This document shows, one piece after another, positions 22,158 through 35,642 of a stretch of 64,000 nucleotides of DNA (its first letter is position 1; every line of letters starts with the position of its first letter). Origin of the DNA: Malacoraja senta. Its lineage: Eukaryota. Position numbers and translations under genes: made by a program. The notes under the pieces were generated by a model. That model searched no databases. It saw nothing but the letters and a program-made list of their open reading frames with translations, and was not told where the DNA came from. The stretch is taken from contig CM075992.1 of the NCBI GenBank assembly GCA_038087875.1, positions 11,410,001 through 11,474,000 of the forward strand, read 5' to 3'.

Positions 22158-25100
22158 GTATGTTGTATGGGTGGCAATGAGTTAAGAGGAAATTCAATTT
22201 GGAACCCTTGTATCCTGTGCAGTATAAACTGGTCTGATGTTATCCACCACCATTTGTGCAAAAACAAGTGTAATCTACCACCAACTTGTAACTGATCCAC
22301 ACACCCAATGTTCCGGAAAGAACCAGACCCACGCACCTCCATGGTTACCGGTGGTCTTATGGTAGGCCCCAAAGGCCCCTGACACGGGTTATATTTCCGT
22401 CCTCGAGGTTTGGAGGGTAGAACTGCTCGGGTGCGAGGATTGCGCATTCTCCATGAAGGCCGGCTTGGCTCTTGGCCTAAAAAAGACCTCTGCCCAGATA
22501 AATCAGCTTTCGAGCTACCACCAGCTTCAGCGAACCATTTACTGCTGATGGAGGCGTAGGGGTGTGGTCGCCGAAATGGTGAAGCCTAGCTCGTCATTGG
22601 TGCCTTGATTAGCCCGAGAGCTTTTGCTTCCTCATCCAGGTTTTTAACCTGTTTTGGTAGATCTTCCCCAAACAGAAGATTCGGCGGCTGGACATTGCTG
22701 GCCTTACATAAGCCTGCAAATTTGGGATTTAAGGCAGGTCTGATGGCGCTCTTCCGAAATCAGTTCATTTCGAAGTGTGCATTGCACATCAACGCCAGGG
22801 CATCCTGCTGGACGTCCGATAAGGGCCCGCCATCCACAGATCTGGCAAATGCCGTGATGCCTGAAGCCAGCAATTTTAAATTCTTTGGAGTTTCATTTCT
22901 TGGGCTTTGATGCCCCCCTCCAATGTACCCCAGATAGAGCTCTTCACTGCCGGCACTTTCAAGGATGCACAATTTACAGGTGAATGATATTTTGCAGCTG
23001 TTTCAACCATCACCTCTTCCTGTAATTGATGCAACGTGAAGTAGTTTATGCTGGAAGCCAACTCTTCTTGCAGCGGCTCCCCTGTTTGCGAGTGTATCAC
23101 AAACCTTGATGCCATGGCAGGCAATTCTTGAACCTCACGCATGTCATGCATTCCAGTATGTTCCATGGACATATCTCCGATTTTGGAGTCAGTCATATAC
23201 TGACCCCGTACACTCCCCTCCTCAGAGTGGGAGATATTAAGCAGCCCTGGACCAGGCGCTGCAGCAGGCTCGCGAGGAGACCTGCGCTGATATGTCCCCG
23301 TTTCACAGAGCATATCATGATGGAGCATACTTTCCATAAGGTGCTCCATCCGGGATAAACGCCCGAAGACGCCATCCACATTTGTAGGAGGAGAATCCTC
23401 CTGGCCTGACTCACCTGAGTACACAGGCCTCTCAGACTTCCATTTGGCTTTGCCCCTTTTCGGGGTTGCCAAAGTCTGAAGTCGCTGTCAGTGACTCGGA
23501 CGGCAAAACCGACGGCCACCGGCTACCCGCACTCCTTCAGTCCTCCGTAGCTGGTTTCCCCTCGGCCCGTCTGGATTTTCGCCCTGGATTCCATTATCCG
23601 TAGCAATTGGAAACTCTGTAAAGAGAAATTTCCCACGAAAAAAACGACCTCAGAATAAGTTTAAAAACTTACCTGCAGGATTTTAAAATTTACCGCTGGA
23701 GGAGCGACACGCCTCCCAGCCAGTCGTGCGCAATGCATTAGACTATTGACGCGCATGCGGGCTGGCGGGCTTCTTCACGTAGTCACATCACGTGACTGCA
23801 AAGTAAAATTACGATGAGCACATAGTATTTTGTGAATTTATGGAATTCCCTGCCAGAGTTGTGAATTTATGGAATTCCCTGCCACAGAGGGCAGTGGAGG
23901 CCAGGTCACTGGATGAATTTAAGAGTTAGATAGAGCTCTAGGGGCTAGTGGAGTCAAGGGATATGGGGAGAAGGCAGGCATGGGTTATTGAGAGGGGACG
24001 ATCTGCCATGATCACAATGAATGGCGCTGCTGGCTCGAAGGGCCGAATGACCTCCTCCTGCACCTATTTTCTATGTTTCTATGTTTCTATATTTTATCTA
24101 GAATAGGAGAATCAAGAACCAGATGACGATAGAGGAGGCCCAGGACAGAAAGGTCAGTGTAGGAACAGGAAGGGAAGTTAAAATTGTTAGCAAACGGGAA
24201 ATCCAGTAGGCCATGGTTTAGTACGAGGGCAAGTGTTCAGCGAAACAGACGGCCGATTCTACACTTGGTCTCGCCAATGTAAAGGAGGCCACATCTGGAA
24301 CACAGAGGATGAGACACAAAAAGCTGGATTAACTCAGTGGCACAGGCATCATCTCTGGAGTGAAGAAATAGGTGACATTTTTGTGTATATCTTCGGTTTA
24401 GAACCAGAATCTGCAGTTCCTTCCTACACACAGATGAGGTTGATCACGTGACTCAACTTTATCTCAACTGGAAGGATTGCTGGGGTCCTGGGTTGATGTG
24501 TGGGTAGAGCTATAGGGACAGGTGTTACATCTGGTGGGGTGAAAGGTGAGGACCAGGGAAGCCATTCTCGTTCAGTTTGGGGGGAAGGGGAGGCAAGAGC
24601 AAAACTATGGGACACAGAGGAGGCACAGGTGAGGGATCTGTCTGTGACAGCAGGGGGAATCCACATTTACTACAGAAAGAGGACATCTCGGATGCCCTAG
24701 GATGAAAAGCCTCCGCTTGGGAGCTGATTTAGAGAGAAATTGGCAGTAGGGGACAGTGTCTATATTACAATTGTACAAGATGTTGGTGTGGCCACATTTG
24801 GAGAGGTGTTCAGTTTTTGACATCATTGGATCGATGTCGTTAAGGTGGAAAGTGTGCAGAGAGGATTTACAAGGATGATGCCAGGACTTGGAGGCCTGAG
24901 CTATGGAGGGAAGTTAGGCAGGCTCGGAATTGATTGCTTGGAAAGCAGGAGGCTGAGGGGTGATCTTATGGACGTGTATAAGATCATGGGGGGAATAGAG
25001 GTGAATGCACAATCTTTCCCCCAGAGTAGTGGAATCAAAAACCAGAGGATATCGTTTTCAGATTAGAGGGCATTTAATAGGAATCTGGAAGGCAACTTTT

Positions 25101-28024
25101 TCATACAGACGGAGGTAGATATATGGATCGGACTGCCAGAGGGGTAGTTGAGGCAGATACTGTAACAACATTTGAACACAATTTAGACACATAACTGGAT
25201 AGGAAAAGTTGCGTGGGATATGGGCCAAACGTGAGCAAGTGAGACAAGTGCAGATAGGGCATCTGGGTCGTCATGGGGAAGTTGGGCTGAAGGGCCAGTT
25301 TCCGTGCTGTACAACTCTACGACTCGATGACTTGAACTGTCCCAAGATCTGTGAGAAACATTGTTGAACTACTTTCATTCTACTGTGTGATTCAGAGATG
25401 TTTCTATACATCAGCTGTACTACATATATGAAGATATGTGTTGTCCTTCTGCAACATGCTGAATCATAAATGGATCTGGTTCAGTACATCTTGTTACACA
25501 TTTTTTCTGCATTCTAGAAGCGATCTGTAAGATTATACAGCAAGTAGCAAGTTTTATTTAGTGTATGGTTTGTTCCACCCAGGATGATAACATCACTTTC
25601 TCCGTCTCTCAAAATAGACCATATAGAGCTGTTAGAGCAGAACTGGTGAAAACCACACGTGCGCACAAACCAACTCAGCTGTAGAGATAGAGAAGGCCAG
25701 TGAGAGAAAGTTGTCCTCGCCCATATTGTACTGAACCGTGGTCAGCAGCAGGTGCCTGCTACAACACAGCACAGTTTATGAAAGGACATTGAGCTTCATA
25801 AATGCTGCCTCGCCACTTCCTCTGGCAGTTTGTTCCATATACCCAGCACCCTCTGTGTGAAAGCATTGTCCCTCAGTTTCCTATTATCTCTTTCCCATCC
25901 CTCCGTAAACCTAAGCTCTCTAGTTGTTAAATGCCTGATGGGAAAAACACTGTGCAGGGGCAGCACAGTGACGCAGCGTTAGAGCTGTAGCCTCACAGCG
26001 CCGGAAACCCAGGTTCAATCCTGACTACGAGTGCTGTCTCTGTGGAGTTTGTACGTTCTCCCTGTGACCGCGTGGTGCTCCGGTTTCCATCCACATTCCA
26101 AAGACGTTCATGATTGACCTGTAAATTCCACCTAGTGTGTAGGATAACATAGGACTAGCGTAGGGATGATCGATGGTCGATGTGGACTCGGTGAGCTGAA
26201 GGGCCTGTTTCCATGCCGTTTCTCTAAACTCAACTAAACATTCACTCTATCTACTCCCATGACTTTATACATCTCTGTAAGATCACCCATCAGCCTCCTG
26301 TGCTCCAAGGATTAAGGTCCTAGCCTGCCCAACTCTCTCTGTAGCTCTAGAACTTGGGTCCCAACAACATCCTCATAAACCCATTTTCCTATCTTGCGTC
26401 AGCTTAATGAAATCTTTCCTAAACTGAAGACAATGCCCAAGTGCAAGTTCACCTTACTAAAATCCATGTTGACAACATCCACCACCCTACCCTTATTGAT
26501 CACCTTTGTCACCTCATAGGTCAGGGCATTGGGTATAAGAGTCAGGAAATCATGGTACAGCTTCATAGGACTTTGGTGAGGCCACATTTGGAATATTGTG
26601 TGCATTTCTAGTCGCCCTATTGCAGGAAGGATGTGGAGGCTTTGGAAAGGGGGCAGAGGAAGTTTACTAGAATGTTGCCAGGATTAGCTCCATGGAGAGG
26701 TTGGACAGACTTGGATTGTTTTCTCTGGAATGCCGAGGCTGTGGGAAAACCTGATGGATGTACATAAAATGATGAGAGGCATAGATAGGGCAGGCAGTCA
26801 GAACCTTTTTCCCAGGATGAAAGAAATCAAATACTAGAAAGCATAGCTTTAAGGTGAAAGGGCAAAATTTAAAGCAGATCCACTGGGCAACTTTAGTTTT
26901 ACACAGAGGGTGGTTTGTGCCTGGATTGCACTGCCAGGGTTGGTGGTTGAGGCAGATACAATAAAGGTTCAAAGGTTCATTTATTGTCACATACACCCAT
27001 TGGTGAAGTGAAATTCGTGTTGCCATTGCAGCAAATTAATAAGAATACAACATAACATTATTTAACATTTGATATTGAAGTTTCGGGTCGAGAGCCTTGA
27101 GTCTGAAGAAGGGTCTCGACCTGAAATGTCACCTATCCCTTCTCTCCAGACATGCTGCCTGTCCCGCTGAGTTGCTCCAGCATTTTGTGTCTGCTGTTGA
27201 CTCTTTGTTCTGTTGCCTCATTAATGAAGACAGGTTCATGGATCCCTAGCTTTCCTGAAGTTGACTGGTTGCGTTATGGACTGGTTCGGCAATTTCAACA
27301 CCTAGGAAGGAAGGAGAATACAATAGTGATGAACACAGCCTGGTCCATCATGCGTACTGACCTCCCCAAGTGTTGTTGCAATCTGGACTGATTGCAGTCT
27401 GGTGATGAGGAAGTCGTTGATCAATATAAACGACAAACCTTACAGAACGTCATCCAGCACGGAAACAGACCAACGGAAGTCATAGTGAAAATAGTGAGTG
27501 CATTGATGCTGTCTCCAGAATTCAACATAATGGAGTTGCCACTTTGGAGGGCACCAACCAGAATCCATGCTACTTTAGAAAAGGAGCAAGGGAGACGATA
27601 GGAAATTACAGGCAGTTAGTCTAACTTGAGTGGTCAGTGAAATGTATCTTCGTACCAATGCATTATCCTTTATATCCCTTATCATTTATCCACACACTGT
27701 GAATGGCTCACAGTGTACAGATTCAATTGTAATCATGTATTGTCTTTCCGCTGGCTGGTTAACATGTAACAAAAGCTTCTCACTGTACCTCGGTACACGT
27801 GACAATAAACTAAACTGAAACTGCAGTGTACAACCAACCAAGTGTCCTGGCCCAGTGCACTGATCCAGTGTAATGACCTAGTGTACCGGCCCAGTATACC
27901 AACCCAATATACTGACTCAGCGCACAGGCCCAGTAAATCGACCCAGTGAACCAGCCAGTTTACCACCCTGTGCAGCCCAGCTCAGGCTCATTAATCCCTT
28001 GTTGTTCTCTTGCATCACTTCCAG

Positions 28025-28245
28025 AATCTTTGTGCCGTCATCGCTGGATTCCTGCATTATTTCTTCCTGGCCTGTTTTTCCTGGATGCTCCTGGAAGGTG
28101 TGCAGCTTTACCTCATGCTGGTTAATGTCTTCAATGCAAAGAGTCGGAGACCAACGTACATGTACTTGTTTGGTTACGGTTGCCCCCTGATTACTGTTGG
28201 CATCTCAGCAGCCGTGTTTTCCCAGGGATATGGAACAGAGAAGTA
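28025..28245 (+). CDS. ADGRE/CD97-like adhesion GPCR copy B, TM3-TM4 exon (221 bp)
   Basis: [29 protein letters not shown]...GYGTEK; ccag/gtaagt sites. Confidence 0.93.
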
Positions 28246-31200
28246 GTAAGTACAAAAACTGTAGATTTTTTTACAGACATTGCACTCAGAGCACATTGAG
28301 TTTCTGTGACAGGAATAAACATGGTTGCCGGAGGAGGCCATTCGACCCCTTGCACCTATTCTAACATTCAGTTGGACCATGACCAACCTACAACCTCAGG
28401 ACCATTTTTTTGCACTGACCCTATTTTCCCCATATCTTTGATATCCATCTCTGTCTGAAAACACTCAGCAACTGAGCCTGCAAAACCCACTTGGGGAGAG
28501 GATTGCAAAGGTTCTCCACCCACTAAGTGAAGATATTTCTTCCCATCTCCACATGCAGCATGGGAACAGGCCCTTCATCCCATGAGGTCAACCATCAAGC
28601 ACCCATTTATCCCAATCCTACACTGATCCCTCTTTCTCTTCCCAAAATTTCCATCAACTGCTCCAGATCCCCAAGTCCCATTCCTGTATTGTACTGTTCC
28701 ATGTTCTATGCTATCATTCATGGGATAATTTACAGCTACCTATCAACCTACACGTGTTTGGGATGTAAATGGGGACTGCAGAACCCAAAGGGATTTGCGT
28801 GGATTTAGTTGGAACGTGCAAACTCCACAAAGGCATCACCCAAAGTCGGGATCAAACCCTGGTCTCTGGAACTGAGGCAACAGTTCCATTAGCCACTCTA
28901 ATTAGGATCCCTGGTTGCCAGGGGAAATACTATCCTTGCACAGAAATGGGACCTTTGGCCCACCATCAAAGGAACAGAAATCAGTCATGCCTCCTGAGAA
29001 ATACGAAGAAATCAGGAAAACACTTAAACAAAAAATTAGGAGGAGTAAAAGAAGCTTGGCAAATAGGGTCGAGGAGAGTTTACAGGTATTTTGTATGTAA
29101 GGAGAAAGGGTTACTTGGAAAACGGTAGGTCCACTCCAGGTGGGAATTGATGCCTGAAGCCAGAGAAATGGACAAGGCCCTGAATGTGTACTTAACATTA
29201 GCATTCCCCAAGAGGAAGGGCATGGATGATGTTGAGATTCAGGAGGGTGCGTTGATATTAGAGTCAGAGGGTCATACAGCAAAGAAACAGGCCCTTCGGC
29301 CCAACTACCCCATGCCAGCCAAGTTGCCCGATCTACTCAAGTCCAACCTGTCCATGTTTGGCACATCTCTCCTGTCCATGTACCTGTCCAAATGTCTTTT
29401 ACATTTTATTACAGTACCTGTCTCAACTATCCACTCTTTCAGGCCGTTGTATGTAACCACCACCCTCTCTGTGAAAAGTCCCCTCAGGTTCCTATTAAAT
29501 CTTCCCCTCTCACCTTAAACAAATGTTGCCTGGTTCTTGATTCTCGTACTCTAGATAAACTCTAGATATGCTTTCACCTTACCTATTCCCCTCATATGTC
29601 ATACACCTCCACAAGATCACCCCTTCACCTCCTGGGTTTCACGGAATAAAGATCTAGCCTGCTCAACCATTCCCTACAACTCAGGGCCTCGAGTACCAAC
29701 ACCTCACCACACAGATGAGGTGCCGCAAGGCTGAAGGGTGTGCCTCTATTTAAGAAGGGCTCGAAGGAAGAGAGTATTCTGAGGGATAGGATATATATGC
29801 ATTAGACAGGGGCTAATCAGGGCTATTCAGCATGGTACATGGAAGAGTGTGACTTACCAATCGATTTATATTTTGAAGTAATCAAAGAGGCTGAAAAGGG
29901 CAAAGCCACAGACATTGTCTACATTGGCTTCAGCAAGAGATTTGATGAGGTTCTGCATAGTAGGCTGCACTGGATCATTAGATCACATGGGATCCAGGGA
30001 GAGCCAACTGACTGGATAGAGAATTAGCTTTGTGAAAGGAAGCAGAGGGTGATAACCTCACATCACTGAAAGAGGCCTTCAACCCACCTGGGGTTGGGGA
30101 CTGGACTTTGTGCCTTCCCTCATGGTGGGAGCCATTGTGGGGGGATGTTCAGTGTTAAGACTATCTTGGTGTTGTGTCTGTATTCTCTTCTAATTTTTGT
30201 ATGCTGATAATGGCAAAAAGCATTTCACTTCACTACACCCGGGTGTATGTGAATGTGACTAATAACATATCTTGAATCTTGAATCTTGAATCTTGATGGT
30301 GGAAGGTTCTCATTCAGAATGGAGGTCTGTGACTATTGACATGCCAGAGAATTGTGAAGTCATGATGAGTAAGTTTGTAGATGACACTAAACTGGGTGAT
30401 ATAATAGATAGAGAAGATGTTTATTTTTAAAAAATCCAGTGGTACAAGGCATTGGTACAAGACATTTAGAGTATTGTGTTCAGTTTTGGTCACCTGTTCC
30501 CACAAAAGATCTCCTTTATATTCAGCGTGTGTTGGGTGCCTGGTACTTTGTGCAGGGGAGGTGGTGGAAGCAGATGTGATAGCATGTTTAAGGGGCATTG
30601 AAACAAATACATGAGAAGATAGGGAATGGTGGGATACAGACCATGTGCAGACAGATGGGATTTTTCATGTTTTCATCATGACCGGCACAGACATGGTGGG
30701 ATGAAGGCCTCCTTCAGTGATGTGAGGTTATCCACTTTGGCGGCAAAAACAAGGGGGCAGATTATTATCTCAATGGGGTTAGGATAGGTAAGGGGGAGGT
30801 GCAGCGAGACCTGGGCGTCCTTGTACACCGGTCACTGAAAGTTGGCTTACAGGTACAGGAGGCAGTTAAGAAAGCTAATGGAATGTTGGCCTTCATAACA
30901 AGAGGATTTCAGTATAGGAGTAAAGAGGTTCTTCTGCAGTTGTATAGGGCTCTGGTGAGACCACATCTGGAGTATTGTGTACAGTTTTGGTCTCCGAATT
31001 TGAGGAAGGACATCCCTGTGATTGAGGCAGTGCAGTGTAGGTTCACGAGATTGATCCCTGGGATGGCGGGACTGTCATATGAGGAAAGATTGAAAAGACT
31101 AGGCTTGTATTCACTGGAGTTTAGAAGGATGAGGGGGAATCTTATAGAAACATATAAAATTATAAAAGGACTGGACAAGCTAGATGCAGGAAAGATTTTC

Positions 31201-33916
31201 CCAATGTGGGGCGAGTCCAGAACCAGGGGCCACAGTCTTCGAATAAAGGGGAGGTCATTTAAGACTGAGGTGAGAAACATATTTTCACCCAGAGAGTTGT
31301 GAATTTATGGAATTCCCTGCCGCAGAGGGCTGTGGAGGCCAAGTCACTGGATGGATTTAAGAGAGAGTTAGATAGAGCTCTAGAGGCTAGTGGAGTCAAG
31401 GGATATGGGGAGAAGGCAGGCATGTGTTATTGATAGGGGACGATCAGCCATGATCACAATGAATGGCGGTGCTGGCTCGAATGGCCGAATGGCTTCCTCC
31501 TGCACCTTTCTATGTATCTATGCCCCAGACAGAGTCATAAAGTCATAGGGTGAAACAGTGTGGAAACAGACCCTTCGACCCAACTCGCCTAAACTGGCCA
31601 ACAATGTCCCAGCTACAATAGTTCTGCTTGCCTGTGGCCTATGTAATTTAATCTTCTGGATCAGCCTACCATGTGAGGCTTTGTCAAATGTCTTGCTAAA
31701 GTCCATATGGGCAAAATCCTGACTGCCCCTGCACCAGCACATTAACTTCCAATGGTTTGTCTAGAATCAAAGAAAATAGGTGCAGGAGTAGGCCATTCGG
31801 CCCTTCGAGCCAGCACTGCCATTCAATATGAGCATGGCTGATCATCCAGAATCAGAACCCCATCCCTGCTTTCTCCCCATATCCCTTGGTTCCATTAGCT
31901 CTAAGAGCTATATCCAACTCTCTCTTGAATACATCCAGTGAATTGGCCTCCACTTCCTTCTGCAGCAGAGAATTCCACAGATTCACAACTCTCTGGATGA
32001 AAAAGTCTTTCCTCATCTCATTCCTAAATGAACTACATCTTTTTCTTCAACTGTGACCCCTGGTTCTGGACTCCCCCTGCTGCGGCCCGACTCCGGAGCT
32101 CCAGCTGCAGACCTGTGGACTATGATATCGGGAGCTCGCGGGTCTGTGGTGAGAGACCACTTTCCGGAGCTCCCGCAACGCAACTTCTCCCGCCCGTGTC
32201 GCGGGGTTGGAACGACCTGGAGCGGGGCCATAAATCGCCCGGCGCGGCTTTAATGGCCGCGGGATATTCCAACGCCCGCCGGGGGCTCCAACTTTGTGAC
32301 CTTTGGGCCCGGAGCGAGGCAGTACACCGCCCGGCGCGGCCTCCCGTGGGACTTAACATTGCCAGCCTGGGGCTTCAACATCGGGAGAAAAATGGTGCAG
32401 GGGAGAGAAAAGATTTTGCCTTCCATCACAGTGAGGAGGAGATTCACTGTGATGGATGTTTTTCTGTAAATTGAATTGTTTGTGTGTCGTGTAGGAATTG
32501 TTTTGTTTGTATGGCTGTTGAAACGGAGTTTCGTTTGAGGTTCAAATGACAAGAAATAAAATCTAATCTACTGCCCAACATCGGGAACATTTCTCCTGCA
32601 TCTAGCCTGGCCAATCCCTTAAGAATTTCATATAAGATCCCCTCTCAACCTTCTAAATTCCAGTGAATATATGCCCAGTCAATCCTATCTTTCATCATCT
32701 GTCAGTCCCACCACCCTAGGAATTAACCTGGTGAACCTACACTGCACTCCCTCAATAGCAAGAATGTCCTTCCCAAAATTAGAAGGCCAAAATTGCACAC
32801 AATACACCATGGCCCTGTACAACTGGAGTAGAACCAACTTGCTCCTATACTCAAATCTTCTCGCTATGAAGGTCAATATGCCATTTGCTTTCTTCACTGC
32901 CTGCATTACCTGCATGCTTACTTTCAGTAACTGATGTACAAGGGCACCCAGGTCTCGTTGCATCTCCCCTTCTCCTAATCTGACACCATTCAGATAATCT
33001 GCCTTCTTGTTTTTGCCATCAAAGTAGATAACCTCACATTTATCCACATTATACTGCATCTGCCCACTCACCCAACCTATCCAAGTCACCCTGCAGCTTC
33101 ATAGCATCCCCCTCGCTGGTCACACTGCTACCGAGATTTGTGTCATCCACAAACTTGGAGATGTTACATTTAATTCCTTGGTCTAAATCGTTAATATATA
33201 TTGTATATTGTAAATATAGTCTACCAGGGATGGAGCAAGAGCTTTCACCAACAGCCCCAACTTGTTCTCAAGGAGGTCACACATGGCTCGCTCCAGCTCA
33301 GGGGGGGGTGAGTTGGGGTGGGATAGGGAGACTGAGAGACACATATGAGGGGTGCAGTGGAGATGGATGGGGTAAGGTCATTAAACAATAATCAAGGGAA
33401 AGAATAGAGCTAAAAATGTTAAAGCCTTCCCCAGCCACAACTCCCTGCAGCACAAGGACAAAGATCAGAAGGCTCGAGGCCCCCGACTGCAGGAGAACAA
33501 AGAAGGGATTGAACTTTTTTTTCGCCTTCCATCACAGTGAGGAATGTGGAGGAGTCACTGTGGTGGATGTTTATGTTAAAATGTCTTTTGTGTGTCTCGG
33601 TGATTTTTATTGGTATGACTGTATGGCAAATCAAATTCCTCATATGTTGCAAAACATACTTGGCTAATAAAGTATGATAATGATTATGAAGACCAACAAT
33701 GCCAAGTTGGGTCCACACAGAATTGAGTGAGGTAGCAATGTACCCATGACGGGAATAGTCGATTCCTGCCGAGCCTCACACATGGCAGGGAGGCCGTCTG
33801 AGCAGCAATGTTACTGGTGTGGGAACATACCTGTACGTGTGTGTGTGTGTGTGTGTGCAAAGTGTAAACATTTTACAGTGTCATTTGGAAACAAAACATT
33901 TTTCCTCTTTCCCCAG

Positions 33917-33983
33917 TTGTTGGTTGGATCTAAAGTCGGGATTTCTCTGGGCTTTCCTGGCTCCGGTCTGTGTGATTATTCTG
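33917..33983 (+). CDS. ADGRE-like copy B, ECL2-TM5 exon (67 bp)
   Basis: (Y)CWLDLKSGFLWAFLAPVCVIIL; identical to copy A. Confidence 0.92.
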
Positions 33984-34571
33984 GTAAGTTTTGAAAAATA
34001 TGAAACAGAAAATGTCTGTTGAATTCAGGAAAATGTGAGCTGATGGGTTTTGGAACCACTAATGATGATAGGACATCAACCATGAATGGCAGGGTCTTGG
34101 TGAGTGTGGAGGAACAGAGGGGCCTTGGAGCATGGCACAGATCTGGTATGGTGACAGCTACTGAACTTGCGTCAGTTTAACTTGTGCTGTAATCTTGGAT
34201 ATTAATATTTAGCAGTATCAGATAGGATGAAGTTTCTCCAATTCTCCAAAGTGCATTGATAAAGATGATGTCCTTTATCACTGGTGTTCATGATAAATCT
34301 TTAGAGATTTACAGATTCACAATGCATATGAGAAGATTTCAAGTCATCCACTCAGGGCTGATGGAACACTATGGTAATATCTACATCACTGTCTATTTTA
34401 AAATGAATGTTGAGGATCAATGTAGAGGCAAACATGTCCAAATGCAACTATTTATGCACTGCTAGATGTTTCTATGGAAATGTAAATTAATTAAAGATAA
34501 CATCAAGAAAATATTAATTCAATAGACCACTATCTTAATCGGAATAATGTGGCTTTTTCTTTTCTTGGAAG

Positions 34572-34663
34572 GTCAATGGAGGATTTTTTATTATCAGTGT
34601 GTTGAAACTGGCTGAAAAGTTTTCAAGTGTCAATCCTGATATGGGCCAGTTGAAGAAAATCAG
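34572..34663 (+). CDS. ADGRE-like copy B, TM5-ICL3 exon (92 bp)
   Basis: VNGGFFIISVLKLAEKFSSVNPDMGQLKKIR; canonical splice sites. Confidence 0.9.
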
Positions 34664-35473
34664 GTGAGAACAACTGGTGTGGCTGCTGGTACCTTCCTTG
34701 GTTGATACGGTATCCAGGTCATGCAAATGGCCAGCACTTGTCCCGTTCCCATCCTTTTCCCATTATTCACATGAAACTGCTGATGCTGACATGTCGTAGA
34801 GTCATACCGCATGGAAACAGGCCCTTTGGCCCAAGTCCATGCTGACCAAGATGCCCCACCTAAGCCATTCCCGTTTGCTGTTCTGATTTGGGATTCACGC
34901 ACTGATAGCTGGGCCCTTTCCAAACTTACCAAAAGGGGAAATAACATCAGGCAGATAGTGTGGATCAGATAGAAGGAACTGTCGGCTCCAGGGTCATAGG
35001 TTATGTACCACACGTGGAAGGTCAAGCATGTGAATCTCTCAGTTGCCATTCCTGTCCTGTTGTATGTCGAGGTTTCTGAATGTGTTTAGGGGGTGGGCAT
35101 TCTCTGGTTACACATCAGTGTGAGAATGAATCAGTTTTGCATTATTCTGTTTGAAACAAACATTTCTCAGCAGAGGCCAACATAATCATTTTTTCTTTTC
35201 CAATAAATCCTTTGACGTTTGTTGTGCCACAAGTCATAGCTCACTTATTGTATCAGCTGACTGGCTGATATCTCTATCGCTGCAGTCTGTGCATTGAAGT
35301 CTCACTGTTTGGTTTGATGGGGATTTCAGGATTTTAACCCAGTCAACACAAATAATTGAAAGAGGATCTAGAAGCAGCAGGAAGTTTATATTACACCTTA
35401 AAGTATGCACTGTAGTGAGTGACACAAATTAAAGTATTGTCTTGCATTCAGCTTCTTGTGCCTCTTGTTTTAG

Positions 35474-35642
35474 GGTCTTTACCTTCACTGCTGTCGCTCA
35501 ACTCTGCCTCCTGGGATGTACTTGGATATTTGGCATGTTGCACTTCCAGAAGGAAACAATTGTCATGGCCTACATCTTCACTGTGATCAACAGCATGCAA
35601 GGAATGTTCATCTTCATCCTGCACTGCCTCTTTAACAAGCAG
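35474..35642 (+). CDS. ADGRE-like copy B, TM6-TM7 exon (169 bp)
   Basis: [20 protein letters not shown]...[15 protein letters not shown]; ttttag/gtaagt sites. Confidence 0.93.

Larger units (their letters stand above)
18221..23810 (-). mobile_element. Near full-length degenerate DIRS (tyrosine-recombinase) retrotransposon
   Basis: Order on minus strand: gag (22500-23590), RT (VGGRL..F...W; KKDGG; FKALPNGL..PRLFTK), RNase H, methyltransferase-like region (YAFHPF..PDWP..PWF, 19728-19961), tyrosine recombinase (HSTR..GWS, 18816-19064). A 33-bp inverted repeat lies at 18287-18319 / 23749-23781. Confidence 0.92.
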
